Assembly (NCBI GenBank): GCA_963744145.1
Contig: CAVUSO010000001.1
Span: 3,840,001 to 3,904,000, forward strand
DNA from: an uncultured cyanobacterium
GTDB taxonomy: Bacteria; Cyanobacteriota; Cyanobacteriia; Cyanobacteriales; CAWUOF01
Direction: 5' to 3'
DNA length: 64,000 bases
The notes beneath the pieces were generated by a model, which was not told the DNA's origin, searched no databases, and saw only the letters and a list, made by a program, of their open reading frames with translations. Positions 51,111 through 61,457 of the stretch are shown piece by piece (the stretch's first letter is position 1; each line of letters opens with the position of its first letter). The position numbers and the translations under genes were made by a program.

Positions 51111-52403
51111 TTAGATTTTTTGATAAAGATTCAGACGATAACCAATATCATGGCGATAATATGCACCGTCAAAGTGAATAAATTGAACAGCATTATAGGT
51201 ATTGACGATCGCTTCATCAAAACTATCTCCAAACCCGGTTACTCCCAAAACCCGTCCCCCATCAGTGAGGACAGATTCACCTGCTAGTTTAGTACCAGCG
51301 TGAAAGACGATCGCTCCTTGTGTCTGAGCTTGTTCAATTCCAGTAATCACATCACCTTTTTGATAAGAACCAGGATAACCATCCGCAGCGATCACCACAC
51401 ATACCGATGCACCTGATTTCCATTGCAGGGGAGGTAATTCTCCTAATCTTTGTTCGATACAAGCTAACATCAACTCTTCTAAAGGTGTTTCTAATAAAGG
51501 GAGAATTGCTTGAGTTTCTGGATCACCAAAACGACAGTTAAACTCTAAAACTTTAATTTCTCCTGTGGATAAAATCATCAATCCAGCATAGATTACACCC
51601 CGATAATCAATCCCGATATTTTGCAAACCCTGAAGTGTAGGTTGCAAGATTTCTTGATTAATCTTTTCACTTAATTCCGGAGTAATGATTGGTGCTGGAG
51701 CATAAGCTCCCATCCCTCCGGTATTTGGTCCTGTATCTCCTGCTCCGATCGCTTTATGATCTTGAGCTGGTAATAAAGGAATAATGGTCTTCCCATCAGT
51801 TAAAGCTAAGAGAGAAACTTCTTGACCAGTTAAAAATTCTTCAATGACAATACATTCACCCGAAGGACCAAATAAACCATTAAAAGAAGCTTCGATCGCT
51901 GCTTGAGCTTCCCCATAATCAGCTGCAATTGTAACTCCTTTACCAGCAGCTAATCCATCAGCTTTAATCACAACAGGTGTAGGTTGTGTTGCTAAATAAT
52001 CCAAAGCGGAGGTTAATTCTTCCTCCATAAACACCGCACTTTTCGCGGTGGGAATTCCCATTTCTTTCATTAAAGATTTAGCCCAAGATTTACTAGCTTC
52101 AATCTGAGCGCCCGCTTGATTAGGTCCAAACACCTTCAGGTTTAAGTGCTGAAGATAATCAGTCATACCCATTGCTAGGGGTACTTCTGGACCAATTACC
52201 ACGAAAGCAATCTGATTTTGCTGGGCAAATTCGCCAATTGCTTGGAAATCATACACCGTGAAGGGCAGATTTTCACAACGTTCTAAAGTTGCAGTACCTC
52301 CATTTCCTGGAGTGACATATACCTTTTCAATTGACTGAGATTGGAGCAGTTTCCATGCTAGGGTATGTTCGCGTCCCCCATTACCAACAACCAAAACTTT
52401 CAC
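51111..52403 (-). CDS. purD: Phosphoribosylamine-glycine ligase
   Basis: GNGGREH, KADGLAAGKGV, NTGGMGAY, EFNCRFGDPE. Confidence 0.98.
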   Translation of the reverse strand: MKVLVVGNGGREHTLAWKLLQSQSIEKVYVTPGNGGTATLERCENLPFTVYDFQAIGEFAQQNQIAFVVIGPEVPLAMGMTDYLQHLNLKVFGPNQAGAQIEASKSWAKSLMKEMGIPTAKSAVFMEEELTSALDYLATQPTPVVIKADGLAAGKGVTIAADYGEAQAAIEASFNGLFGPSGECIVIEEFLTGQEVSLLALTDGKTIIPLLPAQDHKAIGAGDTGPNTGGMGAYAPAPIITPELSEKINQEILQPTLQGLQNIGIDYRGVIYAGLMILSTGEIKVLEFNCRFGDPETQAILPLLETPLEELMLACIEQRLGELPPLQWKSGASVCVVIAADGYPGSYQKGDVITGIEQAQTQGAIVFHAGTKLAGESVLTDGGRVLGVTGFGDSFDEAIVNTYNAVQFIHFDGAYYRHDIGYRLNLYQKI

Positions 52404-52458
52404 AAAATCCTCTCTGATACTCTTAATTCAGATCATCTTAGACAATCCCAATATAGCA

Positions 52459-53217
52459 CTAGCAATTCCACAAGCCTTCTTGTTCTAAATCTTCAATCAT
52501 CTGGAGAGCCCGGGGATCACCTAATCGCAATAGAGAGGATTTAGCATCTTCACGCACACCTAGATCTTCATCTTCCACTAAAGCTTCAATCAGTGCATCA
52601 ACTGCGGTAGCATAGACTACATTCGATGGCAATTCGCGACATAATTGTCCTAAAGACCAAGCGCAGTTACTACGCACAGCTGCTAGTGCATCTCGACGTA
52701 ATCCTTCAATTAAAGCCGGAACAGTGGCAATAATCGCTTCGTAACCAACTACGGATATCTGTCCCAGAGCGCTCGCAGCCCATAAACGTACAGCCCCAAT
52801 GTCTGTTTTTAGTGTATCAATTAAAGGAGTCAGAACTCGGCGATCGCGACAGTTTCCTAAAGCCCAAACTACTCCTTTACGGACATAACCATTCCAGTCC
52901 GAATTTAATTGGGTAATTAATCGATCTATAGCTGTCGGACTAGGATTGCGTCCCAACCCATAAGCAGCACTGACGCGGAGTAAGGGACAAGGGTCGGTCA
53001 ATAAATTGATTAAATGGGGAATGGCTCGTTCGTCTTGCAGGTCACAGAAAGCTCGCGCTGCTAACATCCGTTGTTGAACTATTGGTGATGTCAACAATGC
53101 TAACATTTCTTCTGGATCGGGTGGAACCACCTCTAAATCAGGATCAACCGACTCAAATTCGTCCAGGGAATTGATCTCTTCTGGATCAACAGCAAATAGA
53201 TCGTCTTCTTCATCCAT
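52459..53217 (-). CDS. nblB: HEAT-repeat (PBS lyase) protein NblB
   Basis: RMLAARAFC, DWNGYVRKGVVWALG HEAT repeats. Confidence 0.8.
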   Translation of the reverse strand: MDEEDDLFAVDPEEINSLDEFESVDPDLEVVPPDPEEMLALLTSPIVQQRMLAARAFCDLQDERAIPHLINLLTDPCPLLRVSAAYGLGRNPSPTAIDRLITQLNSDWNGYVRKGVVWALGNCRDRRVLTPLIDTLKTDIGAVRLWAASALGQISVVGYEAIIATVPALIEGLRRDALAAVRSNCAWSLGQLCRELPSNVVYATAVDALIEALVEDEDLGVREDAKSSLLRLGDPRALQMIEDLEQEGLWNC

Positions 53218-53241
53218 AAGTCGTAATTTTAACACTATTAT

Positions 53242-53748
53242 TTACAAAGATTTGCTCATTAACAGGGAGACAGAGCAAAAACCCATTTTCTGATAAAGAG
53301 CCAATGCGGGTGGATTGTTTAGAAAAACTTGTAATCCGAGTTGGCGATCGCCCCGAGCTTTAGCCCAATTTTGAGCATAAGTTAATAAAGCGGAAGCTAT
53401 TCCTCTTCTGCGATGTGCTGGAGCAACATAGAGCAAAAAAATATGTGCATGGCGATCGCCAGAGATCTGATCAATCGCATTTCCCAACCACAAACAAGCT
53501 ACTGGATGACCAGCAGGACTAGCAGCAAAGGGGAATTCAGGATTTGGCTCTGCTTTTAAGTCTACTAAATCAACCCACCACAAAGGAGTTTGATTAGAAA
53601 AATACTGCTCAACTGTATTGGTCAGATGGGAAAAATCTTGTTCTGGAGCCAAACATCGATAAGTTTGATGCAAGAATTTCACCAGCAAAGCTCGATCTAT
53701 CCCTGATCCAGCACGTAATTTATAACCCGGTATCAGCAATTGAGACAC
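53242..53748 (-). CDS. GNAT N-acetyltransferase
   Basis: LYVAPAHRRRGIA, ALYQKMGF. Confidence 0.9.
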   Translation of the reverse strand: MSQLLIPGYKLRAGSGIDRALLVKFLHQTYRCLAPEQDFSHLTNTVEQYFSNQTPLWWVDLVDLKAEPNPEFPFAASPAGHPVACLWLGNAIDQISGDRHAHIFLLYVAPAHRRRGIASALLTYAQNWAKARGDRQLGLQVFLNNPPALALYQKMGFCSVSLLMSKSL

Positions 53749-53775
53749 AAAAGCAACCTATTTTTCCGTCCAAAA

Positions 53776-53970
53776 TCAGGATAACTGATCAGCTATTCTA
53801 GTTTCAGTCCAGGGGACTTGTGCTTGCTTACCTGGAGGACTAACCTCTTCGATCGGTGCTGGTTGAGCCATATCTGTCGGTAGAAAAATCCGGGCACTGA
53901 CGACGACCAGAGCGAATAAAAATACTAAAACTACCAACAATGGTGCAATGTATTCTCGAAAAATGGCCAT
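53776..53970 (-). CDS. Small conserved cyanobacterial membrane protein
   Basis: FREYIAPLL..TM..ARIFLPTDMAQPAPI. Confidence 0.7.
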   Translation of the reverse strand: MAIFREYIAPLLVVLVFLFALVVVSARIFLPTDMAQPAPIEEVSPPGKQAQVPWTETRIADQLS

Positions 53971-54041
53971 AATTAGAGATTATTTTCCGACAAAATTTTT
54001 ATTGATTCCTTTTTTATCATATATCCCACCTCTTTTTTTGG

Positions 54042-54734
54042 TTAAATTGCCAACTCTGATAATCGCTGGACAAATTCTTGATGTTTTCTTGTCTTCAATC
54101 CCTGTTGCAATCCAGCTATCACTTCAGCTAATTTCCCCTCTAATAAAGCTGATACCGCTAACCATAAACCAGGGAAAATTTCACTACAAATCACTCCATC
54201 TGCATTCGGTTCTACCAGTATATATTCGCCTTGGTTTAATCTAAACCAGTCAAATTTTTGGTTATAAACTCGCCATACCAAATATTCTTGTACCCGGTGG
54301 CGACGGTAAACTTTTAACTTATCATGTAAATCATAAGAGGCACTACTAGCTGCTATTTCAACAATTAATTCTGGCGCACCTTCTACATAGTCATCATCGC
54401 TAATTCTAGACTGTCCACCTACATCTATTCGCAGCATTGCATCTGGTTGTGGTTCGTTATCTTCATCCAGACGAACGGTGGTATTATCTAGTAAATCAAC
54501 TCCAGGGGTTTCGATCCAGTAAGCTCCTAACCAAGCCATAATCGCAGCATGAGGTTGACCATGACGTTTAGCTCTTACTGCTGATGCCATATATACCACT
54601 CCTTCAATTAATTCTGCTTTTTTAAGCTGGGACATAGCTTCATAACGTCGTTCAAATTCATGGCACGTTAATCTGTCCCCACTTTCTAAGGGTAGTATTT
54701 CCAAGACTGGCTGGTTAAGTGTTTTGGTTGACAT
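54042..54734 (-). CDS. Uma2-family endonuclease
   Basis: PLESGDRL, KAELIEGVVYM, EPQPD, PELIVEIAASS. Confidence 0.92.
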   Translation of the reverse strand: MSTKTLNQPVLEILPLESGDRLTCHEFERRYEAMSQLKKAELIEGVVYMASAVRAKRHGQPHAAIMAWLGAYWIETPGVDLLDNTTVRLDEDNEPQPDAMLRIDVGGQSRISDDDYVEGAPELIVEIAASSASYDLHDKLKVYRRHRVQEYLVWRVYNQKFDWFRLNQGEYILVEPNADGVICSEIFPGLWLAVSALLEGKLAEVIAGLQQGLKTRKHQEFVQRLSELAI

Positions 54735-54927
54735 TTTGTTTTGATCATGAAGCTATTATAGAATAAGATCTATTTTATCATCATCTGCACTATTGGGTCG
54801 GGACTGCCCGAAATTTCGCTGATGTTGGGACTGTTTCGTTACCTAGCATCGGATTAGATGAGGGAGTTACTGTTAAAATTGTGGGCGATCGCGGGTTTGA
54901 ATCCTTAAAATTTATTCGGTTAATGCC

Positions 54928-56076
54928 ATGATGATCTCCCATATAGCTCTGAAAAATTGGCGCAATTTTCAGTCAGTAAATGTTGATTTACGCGATCGCG
55001 TCTTTTTAATTGGTTCTAATGCTTGCGGTAAGTCAAACTTTCTCGATTCATTGCGCTTTTTGCGGGATCTAGCCAAGGTAGGAGGTGGATTGCAGAAAGC
55101 TGTGAGCGATCGAGGTGGTGTATCAAAAATTCGCAGTCTTTATGCAAGGCAATATTCAGATGTAGAAATAGAAATTCAGCTTTCAGAAGCTAATGATAAA
55201 CAGCCATTATGGACATATAAGCTGGGAATTAAACAGAGAAAAGGTGGAAAAAATGAGCCGATTGTTGCATCTGAAGAAGTTTGGCAGGGCGATCGGCAAA
55301 TTGTCGATCGCCCTACTCTAGAAGATAAAAATGATGAGCTACGTCTCACCCAGACTTATTTAGAGCAAATTAATGCCAATGCAGAATTTAGAGAAATTGC
55401 TAAATTTTTAGAGTCGATTTTATATTTACATTTAATTCCTCAGTTAGTTCGCCATCCCGAAGCTTTTGCTATCCCTGGAATTTCGGAAGATCCTTTTGGG
55501 AGAACTTTTTTAGAACGAGTTGCTAAAACTCCTGAAAAAACTAGAAGAGCGCGATTAAAAAAAATTGAAGATGCTTTAAAGTTGGCTATTCCACAATTTA
55601 AAACCCTAACAGATACCAAAGATGAAATGGGAGTTCCCCATTTGGAAGCTATTTACGAACATTGGCGACCAGGAGCGGGAAAACAACGGGAAGACCAATT
55701 TTCTGACGGAACATTACGGTTAATTGGTTTACTGTGGGCACTGTTAGAAACTGATTCATTATTATTACTAGAAGAACCAGAACTTTCCTTAAATGCGACC
55801 ATAGTTAGTAATCTACCATCTCTGATTTATCGTCTTCAGCGTCCGAAAAAGCGACAGGTTATTCTGAGTACCCATAGTGCTGATTTGCTCTCAGACAAAG
55901 GTATTGGTGGTGAAGAAGTGCTGCTAATGACACCCTCTCCTGAAGGAACTGAGGTAAAACTTGCTTCAAGTAATGAACAACTCAAAAGGCTATTAGAAGG
56001 AGGTTTAAGCATAGCTGATGCTGCATTACCTCATACAGTTCCACCCGATATCGAACAACTCATTTCATTCAAATGA
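54928..56076 (+). CDS. ABC/AAA_21-type ATPase
   Basis: GSNACGKSN Walker A, FSDGTLR signature, LLLLEEPE Walker B, STHS. Confidence 0.9.
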   Translation: MMISHIALKNWRNFQSVNVDLRDRVFLIGSNACGKSNFLDSLRFLRDLAKVGGGLQKAVSDRGGVSKIRSLYARQYSDVEIEIQLSEANDKQPLWTYKLGIKQRKGGKNEPIVASEEVWQGDRQIVDRPTLEDKNDELRLTQTYLEQINANAEFREIAKFLESILYLHLIPQLVRHPEAFAIPGISEDPFGRTFLERVAKTPEKTRRARLKKIEDALKLAIPQFKTLTDTKDEMGVPHLEAIYEHWRPGAGKQREDQFSDGTLRLIGLLWALLETDSLLLLEEPELSLNATIVSNLPSLIYRLQRPKKRQVILSTHSADLLSDKGIGGEEVLLMTPSPEGTEVKLASSNEQLKRLLEGGLSIADAALPHTVPPDIEQLISFK

Positions 56077-56365
56077 CAGATATTCCCATCAATTTTGTCA
56101 ATCAAAGTTGGCAAGTTGCATCAGCACAGACCAATTCCCCCAGTTTAGAACGAGCTATGAATGCACTTATAAATTTTCAACCAACTTGGGAAACTTGACC
56201 AAAAAAGAGAATTATGCTATCATCAACTATTAATTAACTTACGATCGATTCTCCCTAAAAATGTCCCAAACAATATTGGCATTACGATCGGATCAGATTA
56301 GAAAATTTATGTTAAAATTGTGGGCGATCGCGGGATTGAGAGTTTGAATATGATTCGATCATAGC

Positions 56366-56702
56366 TATAATTCAATCCGGTTCAGTTACTTGTAGGGGCG
56401 TTCGCGTAGCGTGCCGGAGGCATAGCATTCGGGCGACAATTGAGCGATCAAACGAGTAATATTATATCCGAATGCTTCGCCCTTATTTGCCGATATCCCT
56501 CAAAATATCCTTAACTGAACTGTATTGTAGTTGATCTGTTGGCTGCATAGATGGTAAGGGCAAAGCATTTCGGTCATATTATCCTTCCCTTCGACTACGC
56601 CCTTCGACTCCGCTCAGGGTAAACTCAGGGTAAACGTTTAAGCCATCATTTATTCGCCGAAATGCTTTGCCCCTACGGTTAACTGAACCGGATTGAAATA
56701 TA
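56366..56702. mobile_element. MITE-like element with 18-bp perfect terminal IRs and nested REP / short dispersed repeats
   Basis: TTCAATCCGGTTCAGTTA (56371) and TAACTGAACCGGATTGAA (56680); internal stems and a nested CCTTCGACTCCGCTCAGGGTAAAC. Confidence 0.75.
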
Positions 56703-56821
56703 ATAAATACCTGATTAATATTTTTTCTGTTGCGATCGCACTTCAGCTATCCCACAAAATGCGATCGGTAAGTTCCTCTCGGTGACTACTTGTAATTAGG
56801 TGGGCATAGCCCACCCCATGT

Positions 56822-57742
56822 TTACACAGCCCCTAACACACTTGCTAACAAAGCTTTTTGAGCGTGCATCCGGTTTTCTGCTTGATCCCAAACTCGGGAC
56901 TGGGCACCTTCAATCACACTATCGGTAATCTCCTCACCACGGTGTGCTGGTAAACAATGTAGTACGATCACATCAGGTTCAGCTTGAGCTAGTAACTGTT
57001 CATTGAGCTGATAAGGTTGAAAGATCGGTATTCGAGTAGAGGATTCGTCTTCTTGTCCCATACTAGCCCAGACGTTAGTATAGAGAATATGAGCACCTTT
57101 AGCGCCGATCGCTGGATCATTGGTAATCGTAACTTCAGTTTGCTGATTAGCGATCGCCCGAGCTTGGGTAGTAATCTCTAGATTTGGTTCAAATTCTTTT
57201 GGTGTGGCAATTCTCACATTCATTCCCACCATAGCACAGCCTAACATGAGGGAATTAGCCATATTATTGCCATCACCAAAATAAGTTAAAGTTAAACCTT
57301 TCAACTTACCAAAGCATTCTTGAATTGTTTGTAAATCTGCTAATACTTGACAGGGATGTTCTAAATCTGTTAAAGCATTGATGACTGGAATTTTCGCATA
57401 TTGAGCAAAATTTTCTAGCTCTTGCTGCTTAAAAGTGCGAATTGCCATCACATCAAGATAGCGATCTAAAACTCTAGCTGTATCTGCTACTGGTTCACCA
57501 CGACTGACTTGAGTAACATTAGGATTAAGATCAATAACTTGTCCTCCTAATTGGTACATCGCGACCGTAAAACTGACCCGAGTTCTGGTGGAAGCTTTAG
57601 AAAATAGTAGTCCTAGAACTTTCCGACATTGGGGGTTAATTTTCCCTGCTTTCATCTCGATCGATAAATCCAGGAGATCGCTAATTTCCTGGTTACTGAG
57701 GTCTGCTAGACTTAAAAGATCTCGTCCTTTTAATGCCCCCAT
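56822..57742 (-). CDS. argF: Ornithine carbamoyltransferase
   Basis: STRTR, HPCQ, SMG, HCLP, AENR. Confidence 0.96.
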   Translation of the reverse strand: MGALKGRDLLSLADLSNQEISDLLDLSIEMKAGKINPQCRKVLGLLFSKASTRTRVSFTVAMYQLGGQVIDLNPNVTQVSRGEPVADTARVLDRYLDVMAIRTFKQQELENFAQYAKIPVINALTDLEHPCQVLADLQTIQECFGKLKGLTLTYFGDGNNMANSLMLGCAMVGMNVRIATPKEFEPNLEITTQARAIANQQTEVTITNDPAIGAKGAHILYTNVWASMGQEDESSTRIPIFQPYQLNEQLLAQAEPDVIVLHCLPAHRGEEITDSVIEGAQSRVWDQAENRMHAQKALLASVLGAV

Positions 57743-57855
57743 GAGTCTCCTTTCTGTTAACTAATTTACTACTTTTAATTCAGCCTACTACTGTAGAAAT
57801 ACATTTAACCAATTTTCTGTGTACAATCGCACAAAATCTCCGTCAAAATTGGTGG

Positions 57856-58917
57856 TTAAACCAGACTTAAATATGACGGACAAAAATCAGCAAGATTGTC
57901 TGCTGGGAGATTAGCTAGATTAGCGATCGCCAGATCTATTAATTGACAACCTTCTGTGACTGTTTCCATTCTGGCTAATTGATCTCGTAAATCTCCTGCA
58001 TTGGGAAAACCTTTCGCATACCAAGTCATGTGTTTCCGAGCTTGTTTAACTCCGCGATCGCCTTTATATAAATGGAGTGCTTGCAAATGTTCCTTAGCAC
58101 ATTCTAATCTTTCGATCGCCGTGGGTGGTGTTTTTTCTATTCCAGTTTTCAAAAAATAATCTACTTCTCCGACTAAAAACGGATAACCTAAAGTACCACG
58201 GGAACACATAACTCCATCAGCACCAGTTTCTGCTAAACAACGGATCGCTGCTGCAACTGAAAAAATATCGCCATTCCCAATTACTGGAATAGTCAAAATC
58301 TCCTTAACTTTTTTAATCCATTCCCATTTAGCATTACCATGATAACCTTGAGCGCGAGTCCGACCATGAACTGTGATCATTTGCGCTCCCGCATCTTCCA
58401 TTCTTTTCGCAAATTCCAGAATTGTAATTTCTTGATCTGACCAACCAATCCTGGTTTTTACTGTCACAGGAACATCCACTGCTTTGACTACAGCTCTCAC
58501 AATTGCTTCTGCTGTTTCTGGTTCTCTTAATAAAGAAGAACCACCCCCATTTTTAGTAATTTTATTAACTGGACAACCCATATTAATATCAACTGTATCT
58601 GCACCTTCCTTAACTGCCATAATAGCTGCTTCTGCTAAAAATTCTGGACGACAGTCAAACAGTTGAATACTAATCGGTCTTTCTTGAGGATCTACTTCCA
58701 TAATTTGGGGTAATTCCCGGGCATAATGCAATCCCGTTGCGTTTACCATTTCGGTATACATCATTGATTCTGGTGCATAACGACGTACCAGACGACGAAA
58801 TACTAGATCAGTTACACCGGATAAAGGTGATTGTAATACGCGACTTTTTACCTCAAAATTGCCAATTTTCAGGGGAGTTGCTAATCGTTGTTGTAATTCT
58901 GGTGAAATTGTCATCAT
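57856..58917 (-). CDS. dusB: tRNA-dihydrouridine synthase B
   Basis: DINMGCP, VHGRT, IGNGDI. Confidence 0.93.
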   Translation of the reverse strand: MMTISPELQQRLATPLKIGNFEVKSRVLQSPLSGVTDLVFRRLVRRYAPESMMYTEMVNATGLHYARELPQIMEVDPQERPISIQLFDCRPEFLAEAAIMAVKEGADTVDINMGCPVNKITKNGGGSSLLREPETAEAIVRAVVKAVDVPVTVKTRIGWSDQEITILEFAKRMEDAGAQMITVHGRTRAQGYHGNAKWEWIKKVKEILTIPVIGNGDIFSVAAAIRCLAETGADGVMCSRGTLGYPFLVGEVDYFLKTGIEKTPPTAIERLECAKEHLQALHLYKGDRGVKQARKHMTWYAKGFPNAGDLRDQLARMETVTEGCQLIDLAIANLANLPADNLADFCPSYLSLV

Positions 58918-58965
58918 GAGATTGCGGTCATATCCTTATTAATTGCTAGCTATCTAAAATAACTA

Positions 58966-59028
58966 GGACAGACAAGATGTCTGTCCCACCAGAGTAATTT
59001 CTTGGTGGGACAGGCATCTTGCCTGTCC
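58966..59028. repeat. Inverted pair of GGACAG REP-like palindromes
   Basis: ggacagacaagatgtctgtcccacc ... ggtgggacaggcatcttgcctgtcc. Confidence 0.8.
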
Positions 59029-59099
59029 ATAGGTCCACAGGTTAATTCTTTCCATAGGATTGATCAACAATCTAGGTTAGAATAAAAATTTTAGCAAAT

Positions 59100-60053
59100 A
59101 TGAATGAATTAGAACCAACAATTATTCCAGTTGCCCCACCCGACTTTAGATCGGGATTTGTGGGAATTATTGGTCGTCCCAATGTCGGTAAATCAACTTT
59201 AATGAATCAATTGGTGGGACAAAAAATTGCCATTACCTCACCTGTCGCACAAACTACCCGAAATCGACTACGAGGAATTTTGACCACACCAACAGCACAG
59301 GTGATTTTTGTTGATACTCCTGGAATCCATAAACCTCACCATCAATTAGGGAAATTGTTGGTGCATAATGCTCAAAGAGCAATTGAATCGGTAGATGTCG
59401 TCTTATTTGTGGTTGATGGTACAGTCGAATCAGGTGGGGGCGATCGCTATATTGTCGATCTCCTTAGTCACACCGAAACTCCAGTAATTTTAGGTGTCAA
59501 TAAGATTGATCTTCGCGCTCAACTAGAAGAAGATCCTCATTATGCTGCTCAAGTTATTGATATTAGTTATCACCAGTTAGCTTTACCTTATAATTGGCAA
59601 ATTATCAAATTTTCAGCAGTGACAGGAGCAGGATTAGACCAACTTCAACAAACCTTGTGCGATCGCTTAGAAGTAGGTCCTTATTATTATCCTCCTGATT
59701 TAGTTACTGATCAACCAGAACGTTTTATTATGGGAGAACTAATTCGCGAGCAGATTTTACATTTAACTCGTGAAGAAATTCCTCATTCCGTAGCAGTAGT
59801 GATTGATCGTGTTGATGAAGATATCAAAATCACTAGAATTTTAGCGACTATTAATGTGGAAAGGGACTCCCAAAAAGGAATTTTGATTGGTAAGGGAGGT
59901 AATATGTTAAAAGCGATCGGGACAGCAGCGCGGGAACAAATTCAAAAGTTAATTGACGGTAAAGTCTATTTAGAACTATTTGTCAAAGTTCAACCTCAAT
60001 GGAGACAATCCCGGATGCGGTTAGCAGATTTAGGATATACTATTGATGATTAA
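59100..60053 (+). CDS. era: GTPase Era
   Basis: GRPNVGKST, QTTR, DTPG, NKID, KH domain. Confidence 0.97.
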   Translation: MNELEPTIIPVAPPDFRSGFVGIIGRPNVGKSTLMNQLVGQKIAITSPVAQTTRNRLRGILTTPTAQVIFVDTPGIHKPHHQLGKLLVHNAQRAIESVDVVLFVVDGTVESGGGDRYIVDLLSHTETPVILGVNKIDLRAQLEEDPHYAAQVIDISYHQLALPYNWQIIKFSAVTGAGLDQLQQTLCDRLEVGPYYYPPDLVTDQPERFIMGELIREQILHLTREEIPHSVAVVIDRVDEDIKITRILATINVERDSQKGILIGKGGNMLKAIGTAAREQIQKLIDGKVYLELFVKVQPQWRQSRMRLADLGYTIDD

Positions 60054-60065
60054 TATCGAGGGGAA

Positions 60066-61157
60066 TTACATTTGCTTTAAAACTTCCCAAATTGCATGGG
60101 GTGGTACTTGATCAGTAACCGTTGCAGCACCAATCTGGGTTGGTAAAACAAACCGAATTTTACCACTTTTCACTTTTTTATCTGTTTCTAAGGTATCAAT
60201 AATTTTTTCAATATTTAACCCAGGAGGTAACTTAGTAGGTAATCCAGCTTTTTGGAGTAAATTGAGTTGACGATTTGGTAATTCTTGCGGACAAAAATTC
60301 AACTTCACCGCTAAATTTGCAGCTCCAACCATTCCGATCGCGACTGCTTCACCGTGATTTACTAATTTATAACCACTGACACTTTCGACAGCATGACCAA
60401 TAGTATGACCATAATTCAGTAAAGCTCTTAATCCAGCTTCTTTTTCATCTTTACCTACTACAACTGCTTTAACTTGACAAGACTTGGTAATAATTGTATG
60501 CAAAAAGTCGAGACTGAGATAACGCAATTGATCAAGCTGGGGAACTGCTTCCATTTGAGCAAATAATTCCTGATCCCAAATTATCCCATATTTAATCACT
60601 TCCGCGATCGCTGCCCGAAACTCTCGCATCGGTAGAGTTTGCAATACTTGGGGATCAATTAATACCAACTTAGGTTGATGAAAAGCACCGATTAAATTTT
60701 TACCTTGAGGATGATTAACACCAGTTTTCCCACCAATTGCCGCATCTACCATCGCTAAGAGGGAGGTAGGAACTTGGACGACATTAATCCCGCGTAACCA
60801 AGTTGCCGCAGCAAAACCAGTCATATCACCAATTACACCCCCCCCTAATGCTACCATAGTGGAGGATCGCTCCAAGCGTTTTTCCAGAGCTAGATCGTAA
60901 ATTTTTTGGACAGCTCTCAGAGTTTTATATTGTTCTCCTGCGGCTAAATTGAGATTACTAACTTCAAAACCAGCTGCTTTGAGAGACGCGATCGCAGTTT
61001 CTCCATAATGACGAAAAATGGTCGGATTAGAAACAACTAAGACTTTTTTCCCTAAATTTAACGGTTGCATCAACTCACCCAACTGGTTTAGACTACCAGC
61101 GGCGATCATAATATCATAAGATTGTAGGGGCAGTTCAACTCGAATTACTGATTTCAT
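60066..61157 (-). CDS. aroB: 3-dehydroquinate synthase
   Basis: [35 protein letters not shown]. Confidence 0.97.
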   Translation of the reverse strand: MKSVIRVELPLQSYDIMIAAGSLNQLGELMQPLNLGKKVLVVSNPTIFRHYGETAIASLKAAGFEVSNLNLAAGEQYKTLRAVQKIYDLALEKRLERSSTMVALGGGVIGDMTGFAAATWLRGINVVQVPTSLLAMVDAAIGGKTGVNHPQGKNLIGAFHQPKLVLIDPQVLQTLPMREFRAAIAEVIKYGIIWDQELFAQMEAVPQLDQLRYLSLDFLHTIITKSCQVKAVVVGKDEKEAGLRALLNYGHTIGHAVESVSGYKLVNHGEAVAIGMVGAANLAVKLNFCPQELPNRQLNLLQKAGLPTKLPPGLNIEKIIDTLETDKKVKSGKIRFVLPTQIGAATVTDQVPPHAIWEVLKQM

Positions 61158-61239
61158 CTTGAAGACCTATTGGACTGTATTTTAACCACTCGAATGGTTT
61201 AATAATTATTGAAGTGCTTTCTAGTAGGAGATTTTGGGA

Positions 61240-61335
61240 ATGGCTGGACTCATCGCTTATTTTGTCATTTTGGGTAGCTTTATCATCTTAGCCGCAGCGC
61301 TGATGTTTAGTTTCCGAGCGATCAAATTGATTTAA
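61240..61335 (+). CDS. petL: Cytochrome b6f subunit 6 (PetL)
   Basis: 31 aa MAGLIAYFVILGSFIILAAALMFSFRAIKLI, AGGAG RBS, divergent from aroB; not in the ORF track. Confidence 0.88.
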   Translation: MAGLIAYFVILGSFIILAAALMFSFRAIKLI

Positions 61336-61345
61336 ATCAATTGAG

Positions 61346-61432
61346 CGGACAGGCAAGGACAGGCAAGGACAGGCAAGATGCCCGTCCTACAGCAAAAAAG
61401 ACTCTTGTGGGACAGACATCTTGTCTGTCCCA
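61346..61432. repeat. Inverted pair of GGACAG REP-like palindromes with a triplicated GGACAGGCAA arm
   Basis: Seen directly between the convergent petL and radical SAM genes. Confidence 0.8.
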
Positions 61433-61457
61433 ATTATTTTGGCCAGATGTCTAGTTA

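Noticed and set aside
54879..54903. tRNA 3'-end-like sequence (reverse complement TTCAAACCCGCGATCGCCCA) as an att site
   Set aside because: No cloverleaf and no integrase nearby; the resemblance is explained by the HIP1 core
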